A stretch of DNA of 64,000 bases from Polyangiales bacterium (GTDB lineage: Bacteria; Myxococcota_A; Polyangia; Polyangiales; JADJQN01), in assembly GCA_964202905.1 (NCBI GenBank), contig CAXNJO010000004.1, positions 288,001 to 352,000 of the forward strand. Direction: 5' to 3'. Made by a program: the position numbers and the translations under genes. Under the pieces are notes generated by a model, which was given only the letters and a program-made list of their open reading frames with translations, was not told the origin of the DNA and searched no databases. Below, piece by piece: positions 46,354 to 56,862 of the stretch (positions are counted from its first letter, which is position 1; every line of letters begins with the position of its first letter).

Positions 46354-48429
46354 TCAGCCGGGCGTGACGAGCAGGTGGAAGTGCGCGACGCGGTTCACGG
46401 TGCGCGCGATGCCGCCGAGCAGCCGGAGGCGGTTCTGCTTGAGTTCTTCGCGCTCGACCATCACGAAGACCGTCTCGAAGAAGCTGTCGATCGGGCCGCG
46501 CAGCTCGCTGGCGACGAGCCCGAGGGCCTGCGCGTAGTGACCGGCTTCGATGGCGGCGTCGAGCGTGGGGCGCAGCCCAGCGAAGCGCTCCGCGAGTGCC
46601 CGCTCCGCCGGCTCTTCGAGGAGCGCGGCATCGACCGGCGCGTCGACCACGTCCTTCGCGATGTTCCAGGCGCGCTTGAACGCGACGGAGAGCGCGCCGA
46701 ACTGCGGGAGGAGCCGCACCTCGGCGACCGCCCGCATGCGCGCGTCGAGGTCGCGCACAGAGCCCCCGTCCCACGCGGCGAGGACGGCGGCGACGAGGTC
46801 CGGCGCGTGGCGCTCTCCGTAGAAAGCCTCGAGGCGGGCGCGGAAGAAGGCGTCGAGCTTCGCGAGCGTCTCCGCAGCGGGCGCGAGGCGCTTCTCCTGC
46901 CGCGCGTACCCCGCGGCGGCGTGCGCGAGGGCCGCGCGGAGATCGACGTCCATCGGCCCCTCGAGCGCGATGCGGACCACGCCGAGCGCGGCACGGCGAA
47001 GCGCGAAGGGATCGGCGCTGCCGCTCGGAACGAGCCCGATGCCGAAACACCCCACGAGCGTGTCGAGCCGATCCGCGACCGCGACGAGCGCCGCGACGTG
47101 CTCACCGGGCACCTCGTCCCCCGCGCCCTTCGGCAGATAATGGTCGCGGATCGCGTCCGCCACGACGGGGTCCACGCCCTCGGCCAGCGCGTAGTAGCGC
47201 CCCATCAACCCCTGCAATTCAGGGAATTCCCCGACGATCAACGAGACGAGGTCGGACTTCGCGAGCTGGGCGGCCAGCGCGACCGATGCGCGCGGGACGG
47301 ACGCGGGCGCGAGGGATTCGGCGAGCGCGCCGACGCGCTGGACCTTCTCCGCGACGGTGCCGAGCTTGTTCTGGAAGACGACGCCGGCGAGCCGCAGCGC
47401 CCGCTCGGAGAGGGCCGTCTTGCGGTCGTCGTCGACGAAAAAGCGCGCATCGGCGAGCCGGGCGCGGAGCACGCGGTCGTTGCCGCGCGCGATGCGGACG
47501 GGATCGTTCGCCGTGTTCGCGACCGTGAGGTAGCGGGGCAGGAGCGCCTTGGTTTGCGCGTCGCGCACGGCGAAGTAGCGCTGGTGACCGCGCATCACCG
47601 CGACGATGACCTCTTCGGGCAGCGTGAGGTACGCCTCCTCGAAGCGGCCCGCGACGACGTGCGGCTCCTCGACGAGCGAGAGGCATTCATCGAGCAGGAA
47701 GGTGTCCTCGATGAGCTCGCCGCCGGTCGCGCGGGCGCGCTCGAGCAGCGCCTCGTGCATGCGCGCGCGACGCTCGTCCGGGTCAGCGAGGACGTGCGCT
47801 GCACGCAGCACGTCGAGCCACGCGTCGGCCGACTCCACACGGAGGGGCGCGGGCGCGAGGAAGCGGTGTCCGAGCGTCTCCCGGCCCGAGGCGACGCCTG
47901 CGAACTCGAGCGGGATGAGCGTCTCCCCGTGCAACGCGACGATCCACTGCACCGGACGCCCGAAGGCGACCTCCCCCGCGCCCCAGCGCATGCTCTTCTG
48001 AAACGGCACCTGCGCGCAGAGCCGCGCGAGGACGTCGGGCAACACCTCGGCGGACGGGCGCCCCTTCTCGTCGCGGCGGACGGCGACGTACGGGCCCTTG
48101 GGCGGTCGACGATCTCGACGTCGCTCAGGCGCCTTGCCGAGCTTCTTCGCGAAGGCCTCACCCGCCTTCGTCAGGGCGCCCGCGGCGTCGAAGGCGACGC
48201 TCTTCGGCGGGCCCATGACGAGCTCGTCGACGTCGGCCTGCGCGTCGGCCACGTCCGCGACGTGAAGCGCGAGGCGCCGCGGCGTCCCGAGCGCCCGCAT
48301 CGGCCCGTGCGCGATGCGCGCGCCGGCGAGCCCCTTCGCGCAGAGTTCGGGCATCGCCTCGAGGGCGCGGGCGACGAAGGATGCCGGGAGTTCTTCGGTG
48401 CCGATCTCGAGGAGGAGGGTTCTTCCCAT
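46354..48429 (-). CDS. glyS: Glycine--tRNA ligase beta subunit
   Basis: LLEIGTEELP, TPRRL, KSMRWG, HQRYF, ARLADARFF, EFPELQG, DPFALRR and NRLRLL motifs. Confidence 0.97.
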   Translation of the reverse strand: MGRTLLLEIGTEELPASFVARALEAMPELCAKGLAGARIAHGPMRALGTPRRLALHVADVADAQADVDELVMGPPKSVAFDAAGALTKAGEAFAKKLGKAPERRRDRRPPKGPYVAVRRDEKGRPSAEVLPDVLARLCAQVPFQKSMRWGAGEVAFGRPVQWIVALHGETLIPLEFAGVASGRETLGHRFLAPAPLRVESADAWLDVLRAAHVLADPDERRARMHEALLERARATGGELIEDTFLLDECLSLVEEPHVVAGRFEEAYLTLPEEVIVAVMRGHQRYFAVRDAQTKALLPRYLTVANTANDPVRIARGNDRVLRARLADARFFVDDDRKTALSERALRLAGVVFQNKLGTVAEKVQRVGALAESLAPASVPRASVALAAQLAKSDLVSLIVGEFPELQGLMGRYYALAEGVDPVVADAIRDHYLPKGAGDEVPGEHVAALVAVADRLDTLVGCFGIGLVPSGSADPFALRRAALGVVRIALEGPMDVDLRAALAHAAAGYARQEKRLAPAAETLAKLDAFFRARLEAFYGERHAPDLVAAVLAAWDGGSVRDLDARMRAVAEVRLLPQFGALSVAFKRAWNIAKDVVDAPVDAALLEEPAERALAERFAGLRPTLDAAIEAGHYAQALGLVASELRGPIDSFFETVFVMVEREELKQNRLRLLGGIARTVNRVAHFHLLVTPG

Positions 48430-48507
48430 GGGGGCGCGGACTCTATCGACGCGCGTCCCCGCGCGCAACGAATGCGGCGTCGTCGACGTCCAGCGCCCCC
48501 GTCGTCG

Positions 48508-49467
48508 TCACTCCGCGGCCGCGGCCGGGCGCGCGAGCAGCGGGAAGCCGAGCGCCTCACGCTGCGCGAGGTACGACTCCGCACAGGCACGCGCGATGTG
48601 GCGCACGCGCCCGATGAAACGCTGGCGCTCGGTCACGCTGATCGCGCCGCGCGCGTCGAGCACGTTGAACGCGTGGCTGCTCTTGACGACGCAGTCGTAG
48701 GCCGGGAGCACGAGCCGCGCGAGCGGGTCCGCCTTCTCGAAGACGAGCGCCGTGCCGCCGCCCTTCCCCGCCGGCGCCTTCTCGTCGCTCAGACCGAGCA
48801 ACGCCTTGCACTGCGACTCCATCGCGTCGAACTGGTGGAAGTGCAGCGCGACGTCCGCGCGCTCGAAGTTGTAGGTGCTCCACTCGCGCTCGGCGCGCTG
48901 GAAGACGTCCCCGTACCGCACGCCCGCGCCGTACTCGACGTCGTAGACGGAGTCGACGTCCTGCAGGTAGGAGGCGATGCGCTCGAGGCCGTATGTCAGC
49001 TCGCCGCTGATGGGCTTGCAATCGACGCCACCGCACTGCTGGAAGTACGTGAACTGCGAGATCTCGAGGCCATCCAGCCAGACCTGCCAGCCGAGCCCCC
49101 AGGCGCCGAGCGTCGGGGATTCCCAGTCGTCCTCGATGAAGCGCAGGTCGTGCTGGCTCGGGTCGGTGCCGAGGGCGCGGAGGGAGTCGAGATACAACTC
49201 CTGGATGTCGCGCGGGGACGGCTTGAGGATGACTTGAAACTGATGGAACTGCTGGAGACGATTCGGATTTTCGCCGTAGCGCCCATCCGTCGGGCGACGC
49301 GAGGGCTCGACGTACGCGACGTTCCAGGGCTCCGGGCCGAGCGCGCGGAGGAACGAGTGCGGGTTGAAGGTCCCGGCGCCGACCTCGGAGTTGTAGGGCT
49401 GCACGATCAGGCACCCACGGTCGGCCCAGAACTTCTGAAGCGTGAGGATGATCTCCTGGAACGTCAT
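48508..49467 (-). CDS. glyQ: Glycine--tRNA ligase alpha subunit
   Basis: [45 protein letters not shown] and FNVLDAR motifs. Confidence 0.98.
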   Translation of the reverse strand: MTFQEIILTLQKFWADRGCLIVQPYNSEVGAGTFNPHSFLRALGPEPWNVAYVEPSRRPTDGRYGENPNRLQQFHQFQVILKPSPRDIQELYLDSLRALGTDPSQHDLRFIEDDWESPTLGAWGLGWQVWLDGLEISQFTYFQQCGGVDCKPISGELTYGLERIASYLQDVDSVYDVEYGAGVRYGDVFQRAEREWSTYNFERADVALHFHQFDAMESQCKALLGLSDEKAPAGKGGGTALVFEKADPLARLVLPAYDCVVKSSHAFNVLDARGAISVTERQRFIGRVRHIARACAESYLAQREALGFPLLARPAAAAE

Positions 49468-49475
49468 GGCGGAGC

Positions 49476-49505
49476 GCCTTACCGCGGACGACGGGGCCCG
49501 GTCAA
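49476..49505 (-). promoter_or_regulatory. Candidate sigma70 promoter immediately upstream of glyQ
   Basis: TTGACC-N18-TAAGGC, 8 nt before the ATG. Confidence 0.5.
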
Positions 49506-50882
49506 TCAAGCGTCGTCGTCGTCCTCATCCTCCTCGTCGTCCTCATCCTCATCCTCATCCTCATCGTCGTCGTCCTCATCGTCGTCGTCGCCTTCGTCGT
49601 CGTCCTCATCCTCGTCGTCGGTGGCGGCGTCGGGCGCGGCGTCGGGCTCCTCGCCGCCTTCATGCCCGGCGTCGCGGGGCGTGATGTCACCGTCTGCGGC
49701 CGCTTCGTCGCCGCCTTCCGCGCCGCCCACGTCGGGCGGGGCGTCGCCGCGCGCCGCGTCCACGTCGGTGGGCACGTCGTCCGCCTCGCCCTCACCGACG
49801 ACCTCGCCGTGCGGGTCGCGGTCGACCTCCGCGACGGCGTCCGAGGCCTCGCGATCCGCCGCCTCGCGGACGCCATGCGTCTCGCCGGCGATCTCCTCGC
49901 GCGACACGCCGATGTCGCCGAGCGGCTCGCCGCTGCGCCGCTCGAAGAGCGCCCTGCTCTCGTCGCTGAGCTCGCTGAACTCGCGCAGCGTCGGCAAGTC
50001 CCGCAGCGACGCGAGGCTGAAGAACTCGAGGAACTGCGCGGTCGTGCCGTAGATGAGCGGGCGGCCCGCCTCTTCCTTCTTGCCGAGGATCTTGAGCAGG
50101 CCGCGGTCGAGCAGCACCTTCAGCGCCGAGCCCGAGTCCACGCCGCGGATGTCGTCGATCTCGGGGCGCGTCACGGGTTGCCGGTACGCGACGATGGAGA
50201 GCGTCTCGACCTGTGCGCGGGAGAGGCGCACCGGCTTCGCGGCGACGTAATCGCGGACGAAGGGCGCCGCGACCGCGCTCGTGCGGAACTGGAAGCCGCC
50301 CGACACCTCGACGAGCTCGACGCCGCGGCCGCGGTACTCCTCGACCAGGTCGGAGATCAGCGGCTTCAACTCGGGGGCGCGGGCGTTTGCGGCACGGGCG
50401 AGCTCGCCGACCGTCACGGGCTTGTCGGACGCGAAGATGAGCGCCTCGACGACGGACTTCAGGTGCGAGGCACCGACGACGACGGGCGGCGCCTTCTCGA
50501 GGCCGGGGCCGAGGTCGTCGTCGTCGAGAGGGAGGCGTTCGCCGGCGGCTTCGCCGCTCGAGAGGATGTCCTCGGGCAGCACGACCGGGAGCGGAGGATC
50601 CGACGCGTCTTCCGTCACCGGCGCCTGAAGCTCGACGGCGGTGTGCCAGGGCGCATCGTCCTGCGGCGACGGCACGCCCTCCGCGCGCGCCACGTCGTCC
50701 GCCGCACTCGGCGAGTCACCGTCCGTCCCGGCCGAATGCGCGACCTCGTCGCCCGCGGATGGGGCGACCGGGTCGGGCGCGTCCGCGTCGCCGCGCGGTG
50801 GCTCGACCGACGCCGCCCCAGCGCCGTCGCCCGGTACGGCGGGATCGGCCGATGTCTTCGGCGGCTGGCGCTTGCGGGTCAT
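49506..50882 (-). CDS. scpB: SMC-Scp complex subunit ScpB with long disordered acidic extensions
   Basis: [48 protein letters not shown] and L.SLRDLP motifs. Confidence 0.95.
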   Translation of the reverse strand: MTRKRQPPKTSADPAVPGDGAGAASVEPPRGDADAPDPVAPSAGDEVAHSAGTDGDSPSAADDVARAEGVPSPQDDAPWHTAVELQAPVTEDASDPPLPVVLPEDILSSGEAAGERLPLDDDDLGPGLEKAPPVVVGASHLKSVVEALIFASDKPVTVGELARAANARAPELKPLISDLVEEYRGRGVELVEVSGGFQFRTSAVAAPFVRDYVAAKPVRLSRAQVETLSIVAYRQPVTRPEIDDIRGVDSGSALKVLLDRGLLKILGKKEEAGRPLIYGTTAQFLEFFSLASLRDLPTLREFSELSDESRALFERRSGEPLGDIGVSREEIAGETHGVREAADREASDAVAEVDRDPHGEVVGEGEADDVPTDVDAARGDAPPDVGGAEGGDEAAADGDITPRDAGHEGGEEPDAAPDAATDDEDEDDDEGDDDDEDDDDEDEDEDEDDEEDEDDDDA

Positions 50883-51928
50883 GGCGTCTCGTCGTCCGTC
50901 GCGGGCGTCGAGGGATGCCCGCTCGCGTCGCCGAGATCAAGAATCTGGGGATCCACGGCTTCCTCGCGCTCCCCTTCGACACCGACGACGGGCGACGCCG
51001 GCGGTTCGGCTTCGGGCTCGAACACCGAGTCCGCCTCGAGCGAGCCCGGTGGTTCGGCTTCAGGCTCGAAGATCGGCTCCGACTCGAACGCAAGGCCCGG
51101 TTCGGGCTCCGGGCTGCGGTAGGCGAACGAGTCCTCGCCGTCGCTGCGCACTGCCCTCGCCTCGTCGTGCTCGCCGAGGATGGCGCTCTCGAGGTAGAGC
51201 GGCGAGTACGCGTCGGCTTGGTAGACGCGGACGAGGCGCATCTTCGCCATCTCGAGCAGCGCGAGGAACGTCACCACGAGCTCGTACGAGCTCCGGAAGG
51301 CGTCGAAGAGCTCGTCGAAGGACGCGCGCTCCACCCGCGAGAGCCGCTCGGTGATCTCGGCCATGCGCGCTTGAATCGTGATCTGCTCGGCGTCGATCTC
51401 GCGCGAGAGTTCGACCTTCGAGCGCTTCACGACGCGTTGGAAGGCATCGAGCAGTTTGTAGAGACCGACCTCGGCGAGCGGCGCGGGCCCCTGCGCCTCG
51501 ACGGCCGGCGTGCCGCGGAGGAAGACGTCGCGCCCCGCGATCCCGCGGGCGCTGAGCGCCTCGGCCGCGGCTTTGTACTTCTGGTACTCGAGGAGCCGAA
51601 GGATCAGCTCCGCCCGCGGGTCGGCGACCTCCTCGTCGCTGTCGGGCTCGTCGGCCTGCGCGTCGGGGTCGGGCGGAAGCAGCATCTTCGACTTGATGAA
51701 CGCGAGCGTCGCCGCCATCAGCAGGTACTCGGCGGCGATGTCGAGGTTCAGGTGCTCCAGCAGGCCGAGGTACGCGAGGTACTTGTCGGTCACGAACGCG
51801 ATCGGCAGGTCGAGGATCGGGAGTTCGTGCTGCTGGATGAGGTGCAGCAACAGGTCGAGCGGCCCCTGGAACGAGGGCAACTCGATGACGAAGTCCGGGT
51901 CGAGGGGGCGCTTGAGCCCGTCGCTCAC
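50879..51928 (-). CDS. scpA: Segregation/condensation protein ScpA with an acidic C-terminal tail
   Basis: FQGPLDLLLHLI, AAEYLLMAATL..IKSKMLLP, DPRAEL and VTFLALLEM; GTG start overlaps the upstream stop. Confidence 0.95.
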   Translation of the reverse strand: MSDGLKRPLDPDFVIELPSFQGPLDLLLHLIQQHELPILDLPIAFVTDKYLAYLGLLEHLNLDIAAEYLLMAATLAFIKSKMLLPPDPDAQADEPDSDEEVADPRAELILRLLEYQKYKAAAEALSARGIAGRDVFLRGTPAVEAQGPAPLAEVGLYKLLDAFQRVVKRSKVELSREIDAEQITIQARMAEITERLSRVERASFDELFDAFRSSYELVVTFLALLEMAKMRLVRVYQADAYSPLYLESAILGEHDEARAVRSDGEDSFAYRSPEPEPGLAFESEPIFEPEAEPPGSLEADSVFEPEAEPPASPVVGVEGEREEAVDPQILDLGDASGHPSTPATDDETP

Positions 51929-52602
51929 GCCACGCCCCCGAGCGCCATGAGCCAGCGCGTCGTGCCGTCGATGAGCGGTCCGATCACGAGCCAGCCGAGC
52001 GGCCGCGCCATCCCGGGGAGCCGCACGAAGAACACCGCGATGAACAGGAAGAACGCGTAGCGCTGGACGAATTCCTTCACGTCGGACCACGCGCGCGGCC
52101 AGAGGTGCGAGCCGTCGAGCGGCGGCACGGGCACGAGGTTGAAGAACGCGAGCATCACGTTCAGCGAGATCATCAGCTCGATCGCGTCCCAGAGCAGCGA
52201 ACGGCCGGCGAGCAGATGCGGCGCGAAGAGCACGGCGAGGCGCAGCGCGAGCGCGCTCAGCAAGGCGAGCAGGAGGTTGGAGCCGGGTCCGGCGAGCGCG
52301 CACAGCGCCGTGCCCTGCCAGAGGCTCACGCGTCGCGTGAAGTTCGCTGGGACGAACTCGACAGGCTTCGCCCAGCCGAAGAACGGCGCGGGGACCCCGA
52401 GCGCGTTCAGCACGAGCGCGATGCCCGGGAACACGACCGACCCGAAGGGGTCCAGGTGCGCGAGCGGCGAGAGCGTGAGCCGCCCCTGACGCCGCGGCGT
52501 CGCGTCGCCGAGGCGCGTCGCGACCCACGCGTGCGCGAGCTCGTGGAAGGAGAGCGAGAAGAGCAGCGCCGGAACGGCGAGGACGATCAGCTTCAGATCC
52601 AA
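51925..52602 (-). CDS. Site-2 protease family (M50) membrane metalloprotease
   Basis: HELAH, GRLTLSPLAHLDPFG, GWAKPV, AGP and FNLVPVPPLDG motifs. Confidence 0.94.
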   Translation of the reverse strand: MDLKLIVLAVPALLFSLSFHELAHAWVATRLGDATPRRQGRLTLSPLAHLDPFGSVVFPGIALVLNALGVPAPFFGWAKPVEFVPANFTRRVSLWQGTALCALAGPGSNLLLALLSALALRLAVLFAPHLLAGRSLLWDAIELMISLNVMLAFFNLVPVPPLDGSHLWPRAWSDVKEFVQRYAFFLFIAVFFVRLPGMARPLGWLVIGPLIDGTTRWLMALGGVA

Positions 52603-52647
52603 GGTCGCGCGCCTCCAGCCGGGCGGACGGGCTACACTCCCGCGGCC

Positions 52648-53220
52648 GTGCTGTCAACGCAGTGGCCCGACGCGTCCCCAGCCCGCAGACGCCCTCTGCG
52701 CCCCCGATCGGGCCCGGGCCGCGCGGCCCTGCGCGGTCTGGCGTGCGCGCTCGCGCTCGCCACGACGTCCTGCGCGCGGACCGCGCCCGTCCGCGATGCC
52801 GAGGCGGAGCGCGACGTCACGTGCGGCTCGGGCGGCGTGGAGGCGGGCGGGAGCGCTGGGCGTTTTCTTCCGCTGCCGCGGAGCGGGGGCGAGCTGCCCA
52901 TCGTGCGCGGCGCGCAAGGCGGCATCCACGTCCTCGTCGGGTTCCGCGTCCTCGCGGTGCCGCTCACGCTCACCGCGACATACCGGCTGCGCGACCCGGG
53001 CACGGGCGAGACGGTCGGCGCGCCGACCGTGCGTGCGCTCGGGCCAGGCCTCTATCGCGTCGACAGGGTGGGGACCGCGCGCGTCGACGACCTGCTCGTG
53101 CTCGATCCGGACACGCCGCGCGTCGAGGACTTCGCCGGCCGCGTGGTCGCGCTCGAGCTCGAGGTCGTGACCGCCGCGGGGGCGTGCGCGCGGGACACGC
53201 GGACCGTCACCCTGCAGTGA
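52648..53220 (+). CDS. Hypothetical exported protein or lipoprotein; start uncertain
   Basis: Hydrophobic signal ending TTSC, IVRGAQGGIHV motif, host-like codons. Confidence 0.65.
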   Translation: MLSTQWPDASPARRRPLRPRSGPGRAALRGLACALALATTSCARTAPVRDAEAERDVTCGSGGVEAGGSAGRFLPLPRSGGELPIVRGAQGGIHVLVGFRVLAVPLTLTATYRLRDPGTGETVGAPTVRALGPGLYRVDRVGTARVDDLLVLDPDTPRVEDFAGRVVALELEVVTAAGACARDTRTVTLQ

Positions 53221-53292
53221 CGCCGTGTCCCGACGCGCGCGGACACCATGGAAACGCGGGCAAGATCAACGAAGCTTGCTATCGTCGCGCCG

Positions 53293-53928
53293 ATGTCATC
53301 TGAGTATCCGAGGGGGGGAGGACGGGGAACCTCTGCCCCGCCGAGCGCCGCGCCGCGGCTCGACCGGTCGCGTCTGCGGTTTCTCGACCCCGGAGAGGCC
53401 GACATGTCCATCGCGTTCGAGACCTCGCTCCTGGGGTTCGCCGACACCAGCACGTCCATCGACCTCGACGAAGAGGCCGGCGCGTACCGGGCGCGCGGGC
53501 GCGTCGCGGAGATCACGCCGGGGCGGCTCGTGCTCGCGAACAACTACGGAGACCTGCTCCAGATCCGCGTCCGATTGCCGGCCGCACTCGACCTGTCGCC
53601 GCTGCTCGGCAGCACGGTCGGCGTCCAGCTCTCGCACAAGCCCGGACCGGACCGCACCACCATCGACGCGGTGATCCGTGACGCGCGCGGCGCGCTGATC
53701 CTGTGGGCCCGCGACGGTGCCTTCCCCGGCGGTCGCGGCGCGATGGGCGTCCACGTCCGGCTCGGGCGCGATGGCGGTCTCGCAGCGCTGCAGGTCGTTG
53801 GCAGCGGCGGCTCGCTGCTCCTGCGGCCGGGCCTCACCGGCGAGACCACCGTCGGCCGAGTGCCCCTCACGTTCGCGGCGCTCCGGGTCGGCGACGCGGA
53901 CGGCTCGTTCTTCGCCGTCCGGCTCTGA
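53293..53928 (+). CDS. Hypothetical protein
   Basis: Host-like codon usage; a TG-n-TATCGT box 7 nt upstream favours ATG 53293 over 53248. Confidence 0.7.
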   Translation: MSSEYPRGGGRGTSAPPSAAPRLDRSRLRFLDPGEADMSIAFETSLLGFADTSTSIDLDEEAGAYRARGRVAEITPGRLVLANNYGDLLQIRVRLPAALDLSPLLGSTVGVQLSHKPGPDRTTIDAVIRDARGALILWARDGAFPGGRGAMGVHVRLGRDGGLAALQVVGSGGSLLLRPGLTGETTVGRVPLTFAALRVGDADGSFFAVRL

Positions 53929-54038
53929 GCGCGTCGGGCTTCCGCGCGGCGTCGCCCGCGCCGGTCACCGCGCTGCCTCCAGACGTCGCGCCCCCACACT
54001 ACCGCGGGGCGCGCCTCGCACGGCGCACTCCGCGCCGC

Positions 54039-55067
54039 TCAGATCGCGGGCGTCATCGACGCATCGAGCTCCGCCGCGTCGGGCACGTCGGCATCGCCGA
54101 CCGGCGCGCCGCCGTCGACATCCATCACGCCGGCGTCCACGGCGGGCGTGCCACCATCCACGCGGGGCGAGCACATGCCGACGGTGCCGGGGAAGGCCTC
54201 CGGCCCGCAGCACACGCCGCCCCCGAAAAAGCTCGGCCCGCAGATGTCCTCGCCGGAACAGGTCACGCCGCACCCGCCGCAGTTGCTCGCGTCGGCCGCG
54301 ACGCAGGCGTCCGCGCAGCAGAGTTGCCCCGCGGCGCAGACCGCGCCGCCGCACGTCGCGACGCACATGCCGCCCGCGCAGGCGGTGTCGGCCGCGCAGG
54401 TGTTGCCGCAACGCCCGCAGTTGAAGGCGTCGAGGTCGGTGTTGATGCACATCGCCGCGTCGTCCGCGCCGCAGCACGTCGCGCCCGCGGGGCACGGCCC
54501 GCCGAGGAGGCCGCAGTTCGCCTGACACGTGAAGCCGCTGCCCGTGTTCCGGCAGATCTGCCCCGCGGCGCAGGCGCGGCCGAGCGTGCCGCACGTGCAC
54601 GCCGTGCCCGAGCACGCGCTGGCGGTCATCGGGTCACACGCGTTCCCGCACGACCCGCAGTTCATGAAGCTCCGGTCGGAGCGCCCGTCCGTGCCCGAGG
54701 CGACGCTGCGGTTCACGCACGACGTCCCGCAACAGCGTTGCGTCGAGGGGCACGAGGGCGAACACGCGCCAGGCGGGCCGAGGTCGACGCCCGGCACGGA
54801 GCCGTCATTCATCGGCATGCCGCTCACGCACGTCCCGACCCGGCAGAGCTGCCCTGCGGCGCAACGCACGCCGCAGCCGCCGCAGTTGTTCGCGTCCGTC
54901 GTGACGGGCACGCACACGCCGTCGCACGAGCGCTCGAACGACGACGCGCACGGAGGCGTCACCATCCGGTCATCGGTGCACCCCGCGAGGCCGAGCGCGG
55001 CGGACGCGAACACGAGGACGAAGGCGAGGAAGGACGCGGGGAGGCGGACGCTGGCGGGGCTGGTCAT
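54039..55067 (-). CDS. Cys-rich lipoprotein with Stig1-like D..NCG.CG..C repeats
   Basis: Lipobox LAGC; DANNCGGCG, FMNCGSCG, AFNCGRCG and ASNCGGCG repeats. Confidence 0.85.
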   Translation of the reverse strand: MTSPASVRLPASFLAFVLVFASAALGLAGCTDDRMVTPPCASSFERSCDGVCVPVTTDANNCGGCGVRCAAGQLCRVGTCVSGMPMNDGSVPGVDLGPPGACSPSCPSTQRCCGTSCVNRSVASGTDGRSDRSFMNCGSCGNACDPMTASACSGTACTCGTLGRACAAGQICRNTGSGFTCQANCGLLGGPCPAGATCCGADDAAMCINTDLDAFNCGRCGNTCAADTACAGGMCVATCGGAVCAAGQLCCADACVAADASNCGGCGVTCSGEDICGPSFFGGGVCCGPEAFPGTVGMCSPRVDGGTPAVDAGVMDVDGGAPVGDADVPDAAELDASMTPAI

Positions 55068-55120
55068 CGGGCGCGTGTCTCCGGAGCGCGCCGAGGGGGC
55101 GCGACAGGCAAGCGACGGAA

Positions 55121-55150
55121 ACGCTACAGGTCGGGCGCGCGCGGTGTCAA
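55121..55150 (-). promoter_or_regulatory. Candidate sigma70 promoter
   Basis: TTGACA-N18-TAGCGT upstream of the Cys-rich lipoprotein gene. Confidence 0.55.
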
Positions 55151-55173
55151 TCGCGCCCGCCCCTCCGCGCCGC

Positions 55174-55632
55174 TCAGGCGCCGAGGTCGGCGAGGACCTG
55201 CGCGGCGTGGCCGTCGGCCTTCACCTTCGGGTAGTGCTTGCGCACCTTGCCGTCCGGCCCGACCACGACGGTGCTCCGGAGGATGCCCATCGACTTCTTG
55301 CCGTAGAGCACCTTCTCGCCCCACGCGCCGTAGGCCTCGATCATCGCGCCCTCCGGATCGCTGAGCAGCGCGAATCCGAGCGCGTGCTTGTCGCGGAACT
55401 TGCAGTGCGAGGCGACCGAGTCCTTCGACACGCCGAGCACGAGGGCGCCGCGCTTCTCGAACTCGCCGCGCAGGTCGCGGAACTGCTGGGCCTCGAGCGT
55501 GCAGCCGGGGGTCGCGTCCTTCGGGTAGAAGTAGAGGACGACGGTGTGACCTTCGAGGCTTGCGAGCGAAATCTGCCCGCCTTCGGACGACTCGAGAGAG
55601 AACGCGGGAGCCTTCTTGCCGACGGTGATCAT
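55174..55632 (-). CDS. bcp: BCP/PrxQ-type peroxiredoxin
   Basis: LYFYPKDATPGCTLEA, GVSKD and RSTVVV motifs. Confidence 0.93.
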   Translation of the reverse strand: MITVGKKAPAFSLESSEGGQISLASLEGHTVVLYFYPKDATPGCTLEAQQFRDLRGEFEKRGALVLGVSKDSVASHCKFRDKHALGFALLSDPEGAMIEAYGAWGEKVLYGKKSMGILRSTVVVGPDGKVRKHYPKVKADGHAAQVLADLGA

Positions 55633-55666
55633 GGGCGCGGAGCCTACGCCCCGCGCGCGGACGGGA

Positions 55667-56038
55667 TCAACGCCCGTCGTCGATCACGAAGAGCGCGTCG
55701 CCGTCGTGTTCGAGCGGCACCGCGTCGAGGGATGCGCCCTTGCACGGGCCGTGGACGCAGAGGCCGTCCTCGCGGCGGAACCGCGCCCCGTGCGTGGCGC
55801 AGAGCAGCTCCGCGCCGTCCGGCGTGAGGTAGCGACGGCTCCCGGCGTCGAGGAGGATCGGCAGGTGCTTGCACACGTTGCGAAACGCGCGCGGCGTGCC
55901 CGCGGCGTCGCGCAGCACGAGCGCCTCGCGCCGCATCCCGCCCGCGCTCGGCGCAAAGCGGACCGCGCGCACCTCGCCGGGCGACGAGGGTGGCCAGCGA
56001 GCCCGCGGGGATGTCGGACGGGGGGCCCGCGCGCTCAC
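55667..56038 (-). CDS. Rieske (2Fe-2S) ferredoxin-like protein, with a compensating indel pair near the N-terminus
   Basis: NVCKH and CATHGARF motifs, CVHGPC; GTG at 56038 overlaps a TGA. Confidence 0.82.
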   Translation of the reverse strand: MSARAPRPTSPRARWPPSSPGEVRAVRFAPSAGGMRREALVLRDAAGTPRAFRNVCKHLPILLDAGSRRYLTPDGAELLCATHGARFRREDGLCVHGPCKGASLDAVPLEHDGDALFVIDDGR

Positions 56039-56722
56039 GCGCCCTCGGCGCGGCGCGATCTCGGTGTAGACGCGGCGCGCGCGCACGGAAACGAGCTTCC
56101 GCTCGGGCAGGATGGCGGCCGTCAGCTCGCGCCCGTAGACGCAGCCCGTGTCGAGGCCGAGCGCGAAGTCCGTGCGCTGCAGCCCGCGCACCGCGTCGTG
56201 GCCGAAGAGCACGAAGGGCGGCCCCTTCCACCGGCGCGCCCAGGGCACACCCTCGCCCGCGCGCGTCGAGAGCTTGCCGCCGGGCAGCACGCTGCGGAGG
56301 TTGAGCATCACGTCGGGATCCTGCTTGTCGAGCTTCACGCCGGGCGCGAGCCCCCCGTGCACGACGAGGGTGTCGGCTTCGAGCGCGAGCGTGTACGGCA
56401 GCGTCGCGAGCCACGCGAGGTGCGCGTCCGTCGAGCTGCGAGAGCGCCTGCTGCGCGCTGCGACCGAGGCGCGGCGGCTCCTTCTTGCGATCGACCGCCT
56501 GCTTCCAGCGGATGAGCGCCTCGTCGTGGTTGCCGCGCACCGCGAGCATGCCCGGCGTCGCGCGCGTACTCCACCACGAGGCGGCTCTCGGGCCCCTTGC
56601 GCGACGAGGTCGCCGACGAGCACGACGCGGTCGTCCTCGCCGGGCTTGCAAGCGCGCACGAGCGCCTCGAGCTCGGCGATGCAGCCGTGGACGTCGCCGA
56701 TCACGATGGTGCGCGGACCCAC
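56035..56722 (-). CDS. Metallophosphoesterase (ApaH/PrpE-like), broken by several indels
   Basis: GDVHGC and GDLV in one frame, VVEYAR in a second, VRGNHD in a third, then VHGG, FGH and LDTGCVYG back in the first. Confidence 0.85.
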
Positions 56723-56862
56723 GCGCGCAGTCGTGAAAGCAACGGGCGCCTCGCGTCAAGCCGCGTAGGCGCCCGTCACCGAGATTCCTTCGAGATTCAC
56801 GCCCGCGTCGCGCGAGCGATGCGCGCTCGGGGCCGCCGGGCGCGATCTGCGCGGACGCGAAC

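Noticed and set aside
46003..50052. 1349-aa + strand ORF with a poly-Ser tract
   Set aside because: Antisense to glyS, glyQ and scpB; the poly-Ser is the reverse complement of the ScpB Asp/Glu tail.
55667..56722. Apparent metallophosphoesterase-Rieske fusion protein
   Set aside because: The GTGA stop/start overlap at 56035-56038 and several nearby indels indicate two genes joined by sequence errors.
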